Below are positions 1 through 10,128 of a DNA stretch of 64,000 nt, one piece after another. Source of the DNA: Callorhinchus milii. Lineage: Eukaryota. The translations under genes were made by a program, and so were the position numbers. The stretch spans positions 113,400,001 to 113,464,000 of the forward strand of contig NW_024704742.1 of NCBI RefSeq assembly GCF_018977255.1. The letters run 5' to 3'. Within the stretch, counting starts at the first letter, position 1. The number at the start of each line of letters is the position of its first letter. Below the pieces are notes generated by a model. That model made no database searches. It was given only the letters and a program-made list of their open reading frames with translations, and was not told the DNA's origin.

Positions 1-696
1 GCAACCTACATCCCACGCTGATCGTTGGCACCAATATATCTCATTTGTCATAATATGTTAGCTACTGCAGTAAAAAAACACAACATGATTACAATGTAAT
101 CGGGAAGAGAAAGTAAGGAGCTAACCTTGTAAGTGATAACATTAAAATCAAAACCTTGTAAGTGCAATAAAATGTATCTTTTATTTGGAAGATATTAACT
201 AGGCAACCAGCATGTACACTGGTAAAACAAACATAACCAGAAGTAAGCATTTCTGGTAAATCTGGGATTCTGTTTTCTGCGAATCCAAAGGTCGAGCACT
301 GAATTTAAGCCCGTACCAAAAAGGATGAGTTCTGTTTGGCTTTGAATGTCACCCATGAAAATTTTCAAACCATTATGTTTTTGTGCATGTCAAACATGAT
401 TGATTCCTGTGAAGCAGTGTGCTTCTGCAATGATGACGTCTCAACAGCCTCTCAGATGTCAAATCAGTGTCGTCTCAGGAACTGATGCTACTTGATGAAG
501 TGCCTTGGACGATGATATACATAATGGGCTGATCTGATAGCTCGCAAGTGAACTAACTTGTAATACCCAAGTTATATTATTTAAATTGGGAACCATGATT
601 GTAGCAGGGTATAAATCTGCCAGTGGATCAACCACTGGCTAACATCTGGAAGGAAGGGGAGGAATACAACAGAACCCAAGTAATTTTAGAAGATAC

Positions 697-942
697 AAAA
701 GGCAAAATACGACAGATGCTGGAAATCTGAAATAAAAAAAAAGTCGCTGGGAACACTCAGCAGGTCAGGCAGCATCTATGGAGAGAGGAAAGTGAATTAA
801 CATTTGAGATCGATGACCTTTCGTCAGAACTCAAAAGGTCTGTTCTGACGAAGGGTCATTGACCTGAAACGTTAACTCATTTTTCTCTCTCCATAGATAC
901 GCCTGACCTGCTGTGTGTTCCCAGCGACTTCTGTTTTTATTT
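697..942. mobile_element. Penelope-like-element-derived fold-back (imperfect inverted repeat; arms ~730-830 and 842-942, 11-nt spacer)
   Basis: The arms are reverse complements, e.g. GTCGCTGGGAACAC..CAGCAGGTCAGGC vs GCCTGACCTGCTG..GTGTTCCCAGCGAC, and TTCGTCAGAAC vs GTTCTGACGAA. A single-arm relative lies at 29296-29420. The family assignment is inferred from the hammerhead-like core. Confidence 0.7.
842..876 (+). ncRNA. Minimal type-I hammerhead ribozyme-like motif (PLE-associated)
   Basis: GTT-CTGACGA-A-GGGTC-ATT-GACCT-GAAA-CGT-T-AAC: CUGANGA and GAAA cores, 5-bp stem II, palindromic ACGT in place of stem III, and a short stem I (GTT/AAC). Confidence 0.55.
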
Positions 943-2859
943 TTAATCTTAGAATAGTTTAGCAGCAGAATTGATCTTGTGGACATATATTGACTGCACT
1001 ATCTGTTGGCAAGAGATTATTTCTATTCCTCTACATATAACCTGCATGGACACATTGATGTTTTTGAGACTCATCGGAGATTTTCTGTATACATCAATCA
1101 ATTTGGGCATCGGGCAGATTCTGATCTCTCATCATGCACCACTTTATTTTGTGCTCAGTGCCGTATCTGGAGACTGATTAACTGTTTGCTTATGGACCTG
1201 GCTTTCAGAGAGAAACTACCATCAGATCTAGGGAAATATGCCTTATTTTTACTTTGGGACAAGACGGTGGAAAAATGGTATCTTGCCATCCTGTGCTTAC
1301 TTATACAATAATAACAATTCCAGCATTGCAGGAGGCTATCTGATTCATCAAGCAAATCTAAGCAGGTGGTAGTTCCTTCAACAAACCTCTGATTTAAAAA
1401 AATATATATAACCTCCCCTTAATTCTTCCAATCATAAACCTGAGCTCATGTACCCTAATATTCTTATAACTGTGAATAACAATTAATGGTGAATCGGGAA
1501 GATATTGAGAGATAAAATCTATCATTGGCATCTGGAGCAGATCATGTCATGGGTCACTGCAATGTCACAAATCTTTCCCAGTCAATAGATATGAATCTAA
1601 GTTAATACTTTAATAAAATTGTTCCATGGAGGAAGGAACCCTTCAATGATGCGTGGTTCTCTCCTAGGGAATATGAATGCTCTGGAAATTAATGTGCTGC
1701 TCAGGCTAGTTATACAGTAGTTTTTCATTTGCACTGGTTTAAAGCCAATAATTTTAAGGATAATAGTTTTAAGGGGATGTTTGAGAGTGTCCTATTCTAA
1801 TTTGTTTGCTTGAGCTTCCCGAGTGAAAACCTAGCAAGGTGGGTCTACCACCAAGGGATAAGATAGGCTGGCTGCAATTGGAAGGGGAGTTGGTGCAGGT
1901 ATGCAAATTGCTGCAGAACTTGCTTTTTGCTCTGATCACTGGGCTGTAGTTCAAAAAATAATGTTCTGCATCAAGCCAGTACTTGAGATCAGGAAATCAA
2001 GACAACTTGAGATCAGGAACAATGGCAACAACGGATAATTAATTGGCTTTACTCTTATTTCTCAGTATAAACTGGCTCAATATAAGTTTTTAGAACAGTA
2101 AATGTGTTCCTGGCTACTGTCAACTTCTCTTGTTATGTGGGTTACATTCACAGCCCTCATTGTGTGCCCCATATAACAGGAGATGTGTGTGTTTCAACCT
2201 AGAACATTGAGTACATTCAAAATGATTACATTATATTGAGTACATTAACTCCTAGTGCAAGTGCTTACAAGTATTTTCACCAAGTAAAACCAAGTTTAAA
2301 TGAAACAGTGCTTTTCAGCTGGGTTTGGAAACTACCATTGTTCAGAAGTTAAAAAAAGAAAATATTTCAAACCCATGTGTCTTAAAACAATATTTTACCC
2401 CCTTTCCTTAAATAAGAATTGCAATGTGTTTAGGAATACAACAGTTTTAACCCAAAAATTATAAATAGCTGCAGTTGTCCAATTCCTCAATACCTTAGTA
2501 CAAATTGTTCATAAAAGACTCTAATCGTTGGTGTAAAAAATTGTTAACTAATTGAATTGTATTGTTTTGATATTGTTTGAAATAATGTACACTAATAAAC
2601 AAAAACCGGGATCATAGTAATGCATTTGATTAACTTGGAATTTTATTCATCTAACATACATAATATTTTGATCTCTATACTAATCCTAACTATACTAACA
2701 CAACAGTTGTTATTTCACCCATGTTACAAGGGCTTGATGCCAGATGAGTAATTCTGTTCATGAGTTCACTTAATGAGTACAGTTTTATCAAACTTTCAGC
2801 CCTTTAAACCATTGCTGTACTGCCTCCACTGCTACAGTTATCTGCTCACTTCCAAATGT

Positions 2860-3060
2860 GAGGGTGTTGACCCAAGGTATGGCCAAAGAGGCGAATTAAT
2901 AAGTGATTTTTGAAGGCAGGAAGAGCAGGAGCAAGGTGGCTGGATAGTTGGAGAGAGTCCAGAGAGGAGGGGCAGACCAGGTGAAGGCTTGACCGCCAAT
3001 TATGAGTAAGAAATGAACAGTAGACCAGACCAGGAAGAATAGAGAGCACAGGCATGAGAA
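2860..3060 (-). mobile_element. Degenerate L2-clade LINE 3' fragment
   Basis: The reverse strand resembles the GGRAF..SAPxLWNSLP..L..FK..LK region seen intact at 25380-25510. Confidence 0.55.
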
Positions 3061-3914
3061 TAGGACCAAAGGAGATTGCAAAGAAAAGGAGGGTTTTTAC
3101 GCTGTAATCTCAACATAAGATTCTTGGTCTTCACAGCTAATGCTATTCTGTGACCTTCTCAAATTAGATTACTGTTTTGCACTCACCCCAGGCATCCTCT
3201 GTTAGTCTTTCCCAGTTCAGCCTATTCCCCGTTGTTCCATTATCACATCAGTTAATATTGATACAGTATGTTAAACTCAAAAAAACAAGGATTTTTTATT
3301 GTAACTCAGAAAAACTTCCACCACTAGATGAATCTCAGAACATCTGTAACTATTCTGTTTCACTTACATTTCTGCTTAATTACCTCTGACAATCCTCCCA
3401 TTTACCCTGTGTTCATTTCTACTCAGGGTTAGCATATGTATTGGCATTTTGCTTAAAATCAATAGGTAGATGATCAGGAGGTTAGAAGTTCTTAATGGCT
3501 TGTTAGCACTTCTTGGCTTGTATTCTATCAGTTCCGATTTGAGAAAGTCTCAGCAAATCTCTATTTTCTATCATGAGCTTATGAGCAGAGAAACATGGTG
3601 AAGTTGCCAGTTTGGACCATTACTGATCAGGAATTGTGCCGTCTGTAAGCACGGCTCCAGATTATACTCTCAAATAGCTGCTTTGCTCATGTAGTTAATG
3701 ACCACCAAATAGATCTAAGGTACACTGGAGCTAAATTAGAAAGCAGGAATGATTTTGTACTCTCTGCCTCTATTTCTGAATGATTCTTCTAAATATTTCA
3801 GTTTGCTTTTCACATTTTCTGAAGCAATACGCTTCCAACTGATGAAGTTTCTGCAGCATTCTTGCACAAAATATACAGTCACTATACTTTACAGTAAATT
3901 CTGTGAAGTGTTTT

Positions 3915-4228
3915 GAGATTGGTGAAATGGGTAAGCACATGGCAGATGAAATTTAATGCAGAAAAGTGTGAAGTGACGCATTTTGGGAGGAAGAATGAGG
4001 AAAGGCAAAATAAACTAAATGGTACAGAAGAGAGAGACATGGCAGTTGACATACACAAATCTTTGAAGGTGGCAGGACGGATTGATAAAGCTGTTAAAAA
4101 CAATGTGTTTGGGATCCTTAGCTTTATAAATAGAGGCATAGAGTACGAAAGCAAGGAAGTCATGCTAAAACGATATAAATCACTGGTAAGGCCCAATTCC
4201 GGGCACCACGCTTTCAGAAGGCTTTGGA
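3915..4228 (+). mobile_element. CR1-type LINE ORF2 fragment
   Basis: Translates to WQMKFNAEKCEVTHFGRKN...ILSFINRGIEYESKEVML..YKSLVRP, typical of the CR1 ORF2 C-terminal region; homologous to 36840-36925. Confidence 0.85.
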
Positions 4229-4265
4229 TGTCTGTTTACAGTAATCATTATTCTTATTCCTGTAG

Positions 4266-4634
4266 ATACTGGATCACTGTTGAAGGTACAGACAGAACAG
4301 CCTAAAGTAGTCTCTTACCGGGGTGGAAATGCCACTCTGCCCTGTAAATTCCACCATGAACATGTGGGTGTTGTTCCGACTCCTTCTAAAATCCGGATCA
4401 AGTGGACCAAACTCACCTCTGATTACCTTAAAGAGATTGATGTATTTGTAGTCATGGGACACAACAGAAAAAGTTTCGGAAACTACCAGGGAAGGATTTT
4501 CCTGGAAGAAACCGATGATAATGATGCCTCTATCACAATAACAGACTTAACTTTGGAGGACTACGGTAAATATAAGTGTGAAGTCATTGAAGGACTGGAA
4601 GATGACACCGGTATTGTGTTGCTTGATCTACAAG
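4266..4634 (+). CDS. HAPLN1: Hyaluronan and proteoglycan link protein 1, Ig V-set exon (internal, phase 1-1, 369 nt)
   Basis: Acceptor ttcctgtag|AT and donor CAAG|gtaaga. Encodes ..TGSLLKVQTEQPKVVSYRGGNATLPCKF..IRIKWTKLTSDYLKEIDVFV..DYGKYKCEVIEGLEDDTG..LDLQ; KWTKLTSDYLKE is characteristic of HAPLN1. Confidence 0.96.
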
Positions 4635-5514
4635 GTAAGAAAAAGGCATTCTTTTCAGGTACAAAAAAGAAGTGATGATGGAAACATCTCCTAGTCTTTG
4701 TTTATTTCCTATTTACTTCCTTCATTGCTTTCAGATTATTTTCACCTCTCTTTCAATGCACATCCTTTCCCCATTTACTGCATGGTAGGGTTGTAAAACA
4801 TTCTCCTGGGCTGTTCCAAACTACTGCCTAGTGTCCCGAGGATTGTGAAGGTCTTTTTTCCTTTCTGGCAACTTTCCCACTGCTTGTCCAGATAAGACTA
4901 TCTTGCACATTGGGCTTTGGTTTGCAGAGTTAACAGAAACTGGGTGGCAAGAATCTCCAAGTATCTTCCATTCTAAGTCCTGCTGATGAGCTCGGCTGGC
5001 TGTTCTGTCATCAGTAGTGCCCTGATGACTGTGGACCTGCCTGACTTGAAAACTAGATTTCTAAGCGCGCCACTCAATTCTGACAATCCATTGCCAAGCA
5101 TGTCACCTTGCAGCCAGTTCACTAGGTGGATGACAGGTACCATGAAATGTGTGAGAGCATTGCCACCGTCTTCCTGTCATAAAATATTTACCTTTTTTGT
5201 TCAAAATCTGATATTTTGATTAATTTCACTGCGATTGGTGTTTATATAGAAATTAAATCAGTTGGAGTTCACAACTCTAACTGTGTTCAGACCACTTACA
5301 GTGAAGACATCAGGACATGCTGTAATGCTGGAAAGAGAAATGGCGTAAATTGTTGAGAGTTTAATTTGAAAATGTTTTTCCTGTAATGTGACAAAACCAC
5401 ATCAAGCAACATTAGGCATAAGAAAAGACAGCAAAATTTCTGTACAACATTGACACCAAAGGTGAAGTAGATTTGATTCACTCCTGTAGTTAATATGGTT
5501 CACACTCATTTTAT

Positions 5515-5625
5515 AATAATAATCCTTGCGTTCGATATAGCATCGTATCACGTCATTGAGACGTCTCAAAGTGCTTCACAGAATGTACTGTAAAGTGTAG
5601 TTAACTGTATGCTTTGTGGCAAATT
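5515..5625 (-). mobile_element. SINE 3' tail fragment
   Basis: Reverse complement of the GTGAAGC.CTTTG.GACGTC...CTATATC.AA.GCAAGGATTATTAT tail. Confidence 0.7.
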
Positions 5626-6074
5626 TTGTATCAGTAAGGGGTTAAGAAGCAAGTCTTTGAAAGCAATTAAAATTAGGTCAAGTTCAAGCCAATTTTGTTT
5701 CTGGTTGTGAGAAGCTGCATTAAGAATAATTGGATTTTTGCTTTGTTATTCTTTTGGTGATGAGAACTTGATCATCTAATTGTGAATAAAAAATTTTTAG
5801 TTTCTCTCATATTTGGTGGAATGCTAAACTGAGCAACCACCAGTGGAACAGCTAAAAAATAGGAGAATGTTGGTGTTGAATAGGACAAGAAGTAACTTGA
5901 GGTTCAATGGGTGAGTTGCTTTAAGGGTCACCCAGTGACCATGGGCGAGCCAGGGTGCCCTATCACCTGATGACTGTTTCCTAGTTGTGATTTCTCCATA
6001 TGGACATGGTAACTTGGGCAGAGCACTCCCTGTAGAAAGTAGAAAAATCACTTGATGTAAGAGAGAAACTAGAA

Positions 6075-6412
6075 TTGCCCAAACCTGTCCGTTCCCTCCA
6101 CTCAATGGGCACTGACCTGCTGCATGTCCCCCGCCCTGCCCACCCCACCATTGGCAATCAGCTTCAGCTTTTCTGTCCCCACCCTCTGGAACTCCATCCC
6201 GGAATCCGCCTCATGCCCTCTCTTGCTTCTTTCAAAGCCCATCTCAAGATACCTCTGAAACTGTGCTTTGGCCACCCTCCCACCCTAACCCCTCCTACCA
6301 TCTACCCTCTTGATTCCAACCCCAGCTCGGATGCAAAAGCTTTGACTATCCAGTGTCTTGCGGCATCCTTTTGATGTGAAAAGTGCTTTATAAATGTAAT
6401 TTGTTGTTGTTG
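6075..6412 (+). mobile_element. L2-clade LINE 3' end
   Basis: LLHVPRP..PTIG similarity, followed by a 3' stem-loop and a (TTG)n tail. Confidence 0.8.
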
Positions 6413-6510
6413 TGCCACTATATCTACTTAGCCTGGTGGCAAAATGACCAATGTGAGTAGGATAGACTGACCAAGTATGCATCAGACTAAGTGTGCATAA
6501 AGTGGCAATA

Positions 6511-6542
6511 TAGACAGACAGACAGACAGATAGATAGATAGA
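6511..6542. repeat. (GACA)n(GATA)n microsatellite
   Basis: tagacagacagacagacagatagatagataga. Confidence 0.9.
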
Positions 6543-6989
6543 ATGGTGCATGAGTGCAATTGCATGAGCAAGGCTAAATCTGGAGTGGATAACGCTCCAC
6601 ATAAGATATCCCCCCTACCTGGAAACCAGACAGTGAGATGCTTGGACCTTCTCTGAGATGCAGACAAGTGCAGGCCTGTCGCAGAAGTCCTGAAATTTTC
6701 ATGGAATTTAAGATCTGCCAAAAGACCTAGAACCACGAGAATCATGCAAGGGCTTGTTGGGTCGCTGGGCTTTGGAATCCCATTCTGGATTGCCTTAAAT
6801 CACTTCTAAAGGAAAAAGAATTCATAAGAAGTAAAACATTTTGACCAGGCAGAATTGCAATGAATGTAACATTTGTGAAATGTTCAGGACATTATATTCC
6901 TGACAGTTTTGCTTGATCTGGAGGGTTGATGGGCTGAGTGACCTTTTCCAATTCTGAGCTTTCTTCAGTTCTTTGGCTTTACAAATGAT

Positions 6990-7186
6990 AATAATCCCTC
7001 AAAAAAATAATATTAATTTGGTCACTCAATCCACGACTGTTTGTGGGACACTGCTGTACGCAATTGGCTGACCCCACAAATATACAGTCAATTCACTTTA
7101 CAGTATGTTCTGTGAAGCGTTTTGAGGCGTTTAGAAGACGTGAAAAGCACTATATCAAATGCAAGGATTATTATTTATATTATTAT
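6990..7186 (+). mobile_element. 5'-truncated tRNA-Ala-type SINE
   Basis: Matches the 3' part of the full copy at 8938-9270 and ends in (ATT)n. Confidence 0.85.
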
Positions 7187-7221
7187 GAATGTGATGTCAT
7201 TCTGTGCAGGTCACATTCACC

Positions 7222-7380
7222 GCACATTGTACATCCATATACCCACAATGTATCTCCATTTACAGCACATTGTATATCCATATACCCACAGTGTATCTCT
7301 ATTTACAGCACATTGTATATCCATATACCCACAGTGTATCTCCATTTACAGCACGTTGTATATCCATATACCCACAGTAT
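7222..7380 (+). repeat. 43-bp minisatellite, ~3.7 copies
   Basis: Unit GCACATTGTATATCCATATACCCACAGTGTATCTCCATTTACA starts at 7222, 7265, 7308 and 7351. Confidence 0.95.
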
Positions 7381-8937
7381 ATGGATATACTATATCCATA
7401 TATCGTATCCATATCCATTCTGCTGGCTGCATTTCTACTCACTGCACTTCTGCTCCCAGGACGATAGTAACTGCATGCCTGCTTGCTGCTCATCTCACTG
7501 CACAGTTGGAATGTGAGCAAGCAACTGCTGTTTGCAGCTGGACAAGCAACACAACAAAAAGAAGAGAGATTTTATTCAGCAGTATTAAAATCTGCCCAAC
7601 ATCTGTTTTTCTTTATTTCTGCGCTCCATTTCAGAGTGAAAAACGAGTGCAGCACAGACTTCATGCAGAATAAATCTCCCTGTGTAAACAATGTGCTGTA
7701 ACCCCCATCCTCAGCAATATGCCCTCCAATGCATCAATGTGACATTTCCATTTCCCTGCGTCCTTGTGTTTTATCTGAGTGACATTGCTGGTTCAGAGTT
7801 GATTGGTGTTGAATTGTACCAGCTTGATGCTTAGTCAATTTGCACTGATTTTGAATGCCTCAATGTGCTCCTTTTGTTCTTGTGATACTCACCGCAGCCT
7901 TTATCTCCCTTCGCTGCATTGTGAACCAATCCCATGGGATCATGTGACCGATACCGATTTAGCAAAGGCTAGAAGGATTTCCATTTTGCACATTTCCTGC
8001 AATGCAGTGTGACTTGTTTGTTCAGCAGGACAATTCCAAAACCTACATAAATGTCCCAGTCCTGCATTTCAAAATCCAGCGTGCTGTTAGAGTGAGCTGA
8101 TTTTTACATGTTCTGTCTAAACAGAGCTCCAGCTTGCCCTACATTTGCTGGCTTCTTTGTACCCGTGTTGTGGCTGTCCTACATTTCTCATGAATAAATT
8201 GTTCAGGATAATAAATTCCAGTAGAGTAGCTCGGAGGTTTCATCCAGAACTGCTTAATTAAAATACAAGTTCAGAGGTGGTTTAATTGCACTGCTTGTTA
8301 CAGTGCAGTTTGTATTGTGTCACAAGGTTCTTGGTTTTAGGGAGTAGGGATGGGGTTGGTCTCTCCACACTGAGCCCCTGATCACTGTCTGGGGAGATAT
8401 TTCTTCCCGTAGAAAGGTCAGAGGCAAACCATCTCCACACTCTAGATGGGCATTTTAGCAACTAGCAACTAGAGAGGCAGAGCCAGACAGTCATGTCAGA
8501 GAAGGAATGAAACGCGCTTCAGAGAGGGAAGAGGAGGCTGAGACAAAAATAATAAGTGATTGTGGGAAGAGGGGAGTGAATCGCATAATTTAGGGAATTA
8601 AATTATTCATACAAAGGCTTTTCACCTTGAAATCTGAAAAAAATAGTTGGGAGTGAAAAATGTAAAATTTCATAACAGATTTGATATGATAATTATGAAA
8701 CATCAATTTTCCCCACTGTATTAGTTTTTAGCATAATTTAGATGTAGGTGCGATCCATTAACTTATCCATGCATCGTTTTGCATGATACCATATGGTGTG
8801 TTACGTAGTGTGTGATGTGATAATTATTTTTTACCTCGGTATATATTGTGTTTGTATCTTTTATGTATATCTATCAAGTATATTTTAATTCAGATTAAAA
8901 ACAGTACGGTTGTAGACCGATATAGAAACATTATTTT

Positions 8938-9270
8938 GGAGTCCTGTAGCTCAGTGGTTAGAGCACTCGCTTTGCAAGCGAGAGACCCGAGTTCAATTCC
9001 AGGCAGGGCGAAACCTTGGGCAAGTTTCCTTACTCCACACGCCTAATAATAATCCCTCCAAAACCAAAAACAATAATAAATTGGTCATTTTCAATCTACA
9101 ACTGTTTGTGGGACATTGCTGTGCGCAATTGGCTGCCGCGTTCGCCCACAAATATACAGTCAATTCACTTTACAGTGTGTTCTGTGAAGCACTTTGGGAC
9201 GTCCTCCCGACGTGAAAAGTGCTATATCAAATGCAAGGATTATTATTATTATTATTATTATTATTATTTT
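8938..9270 (+). mobile_element. Full-length young tRNA(Ala)-derived SINE
   Basis: Head has an A-box (TAGCTCAGTGG), an anticodon arm (CTCGC-TTTGCAA-GCGAG) and a B-box (GAGTTCAATTCC). It continues with CCTTGGGCAAGT, a 3' stem-loop and an (ATT)n tail, and is flanked by an ATTATTTT direct repeat. Near-identical copies occur elsewhere in the window. Confidence 0.93.
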
Positions 9271-9573
9271 GACAGCATGCTAAGATTCAGCTTCATCTTG
9301 AACAGAATAGTGTGTGAATTAGGTGGTTGAATATTACAGGCGTTCATTATGATAATGCCAGAAAATGGAGAACTGTGGAGCAAAGCCAAAGAAATTGACC
9401 GACTGAAATCCATAGTCATTAAAAATGAATAATTGCTTATTCACATGATAAAATCACCCATAGGTCCCCACGAATATATGTGAATGGTGTTAAATGAACA
9501 CATATTTGATTGGAGGTACTTAATTATATACCTGACATCTGTACACATTTGTGTATCTAGTTACTTATTATAT

Positions 9574-9900
9574 GAATCCTGTAGCTCAGTGGTTAGAGCA
9601 CTTGCCTCGTAAGAGAGAGAACTGGGTTTGATTCCTGGCAGGGTGAAACACGCTTCTGTTTACCTAGCAGTAAGTAGGAACCAGGTTGTTAGTCGATTGA
9701 CGTATCACTTTTCTGGGGGTAATAATTTCTTCAAAAAATAATAATAATAAATTGTCCACTCAATCCACGACTGCTCGTGGGACACTACTGTGCGCAATTG
9801 GCTGCCGCATCTCGCCCACAAAATATGCAGTCAATTCACTTGACAGTATATTTTCTAAAGCGCTTTGAGACCTCTCGAAGATGTGATACGGTTCTATATC
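9574..9900 (+). mobile_element. Older, longer subfamily of the same SINE
   Basis: Same head and tail plus an extra internal segment TTCTGTTTACCTAGCAGTAAGTAGGAACCAGG..., also present on the minus strand at ~57275-57335. Confidence 0.8.
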
Positions 9901-10111
9901 AATAATAATCCCTCCAAAAACCTAAAACAATAATAAATTGGTCATTTTCAATCTACGACTGTTTGTGAGACATTGCTGTGCGCAATTGGCTGCCGTGTTC
10001 GCCCACAAATATACAGTCAATTCACTTTACAGTGTGTTCTGTGAAGCGCTTTGGGACGTCCTCCCGACGTGAAAAGCGCTATATCAAATGCAAGGATTAT
10101 TATTATTATTA
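9901..10111 (+). mobile_element. 5'-truncated young SINE joined to the tail of the older SINE
   Basis: Nearly identical to 9045-9270. Confidence 0.88.
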
Positions 10112-10128
10112 TATACATTTGCTTAACA

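Noticed and set aside
1981..2019. Short direct duplications (ACTTGAGATCAGGAA x2; also TGTCACCTTACA x2 at ~14751)
   Set aside because: Ordinary slippage duplications with no further structure.
4242..4265. Alternative in-frame acceptor (TTACAG ending at 4241) adding 8 codons to the Ig exon
   Set aside because: The AG lies just upstream of the likely branch point and pyrimidine tract, and the added hydrophobic residues have no counterpart in link proteins. No support without RNA data.
1..4265. HAPLN1 signal-peptide exon or promoter
   Set aside because: No convincing ATG plus hydrophobic leader with a phase-1 donor was found; it probably lies upstream of the window.
7222..7380. Possible CRISPR-like array
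   Set aside because: Head-to-tail tandem units with no unique spacers, located in a vertebrate intron.
7043..7673. Overlapping long ORFs with repeated peptides ([16 protein letters not shown])
   Set aside because: Produced by the stop-poor 43-bp minisatellite plus a SINE tail; no splice or domain support.
8938..9012. Apparent tRNA-Ala(TGC) genes at each SINE head
   Set aside because: Each runs directly into the same ~250-nt SINE body and (ATT)n tail, and the T-stem and acceptor stem are imperfect. These are SINE heads, not tRNA genes.
9016..9330. Recurring ORFs 'MGKFPYSTRLIII...KCKDYYYY' (also 9978, 12266, 32599, 38575, 38705)
   Set aside because: They are translations of SINE copies; the poly-Y and poly-I ends come from the (ATT)n tail.
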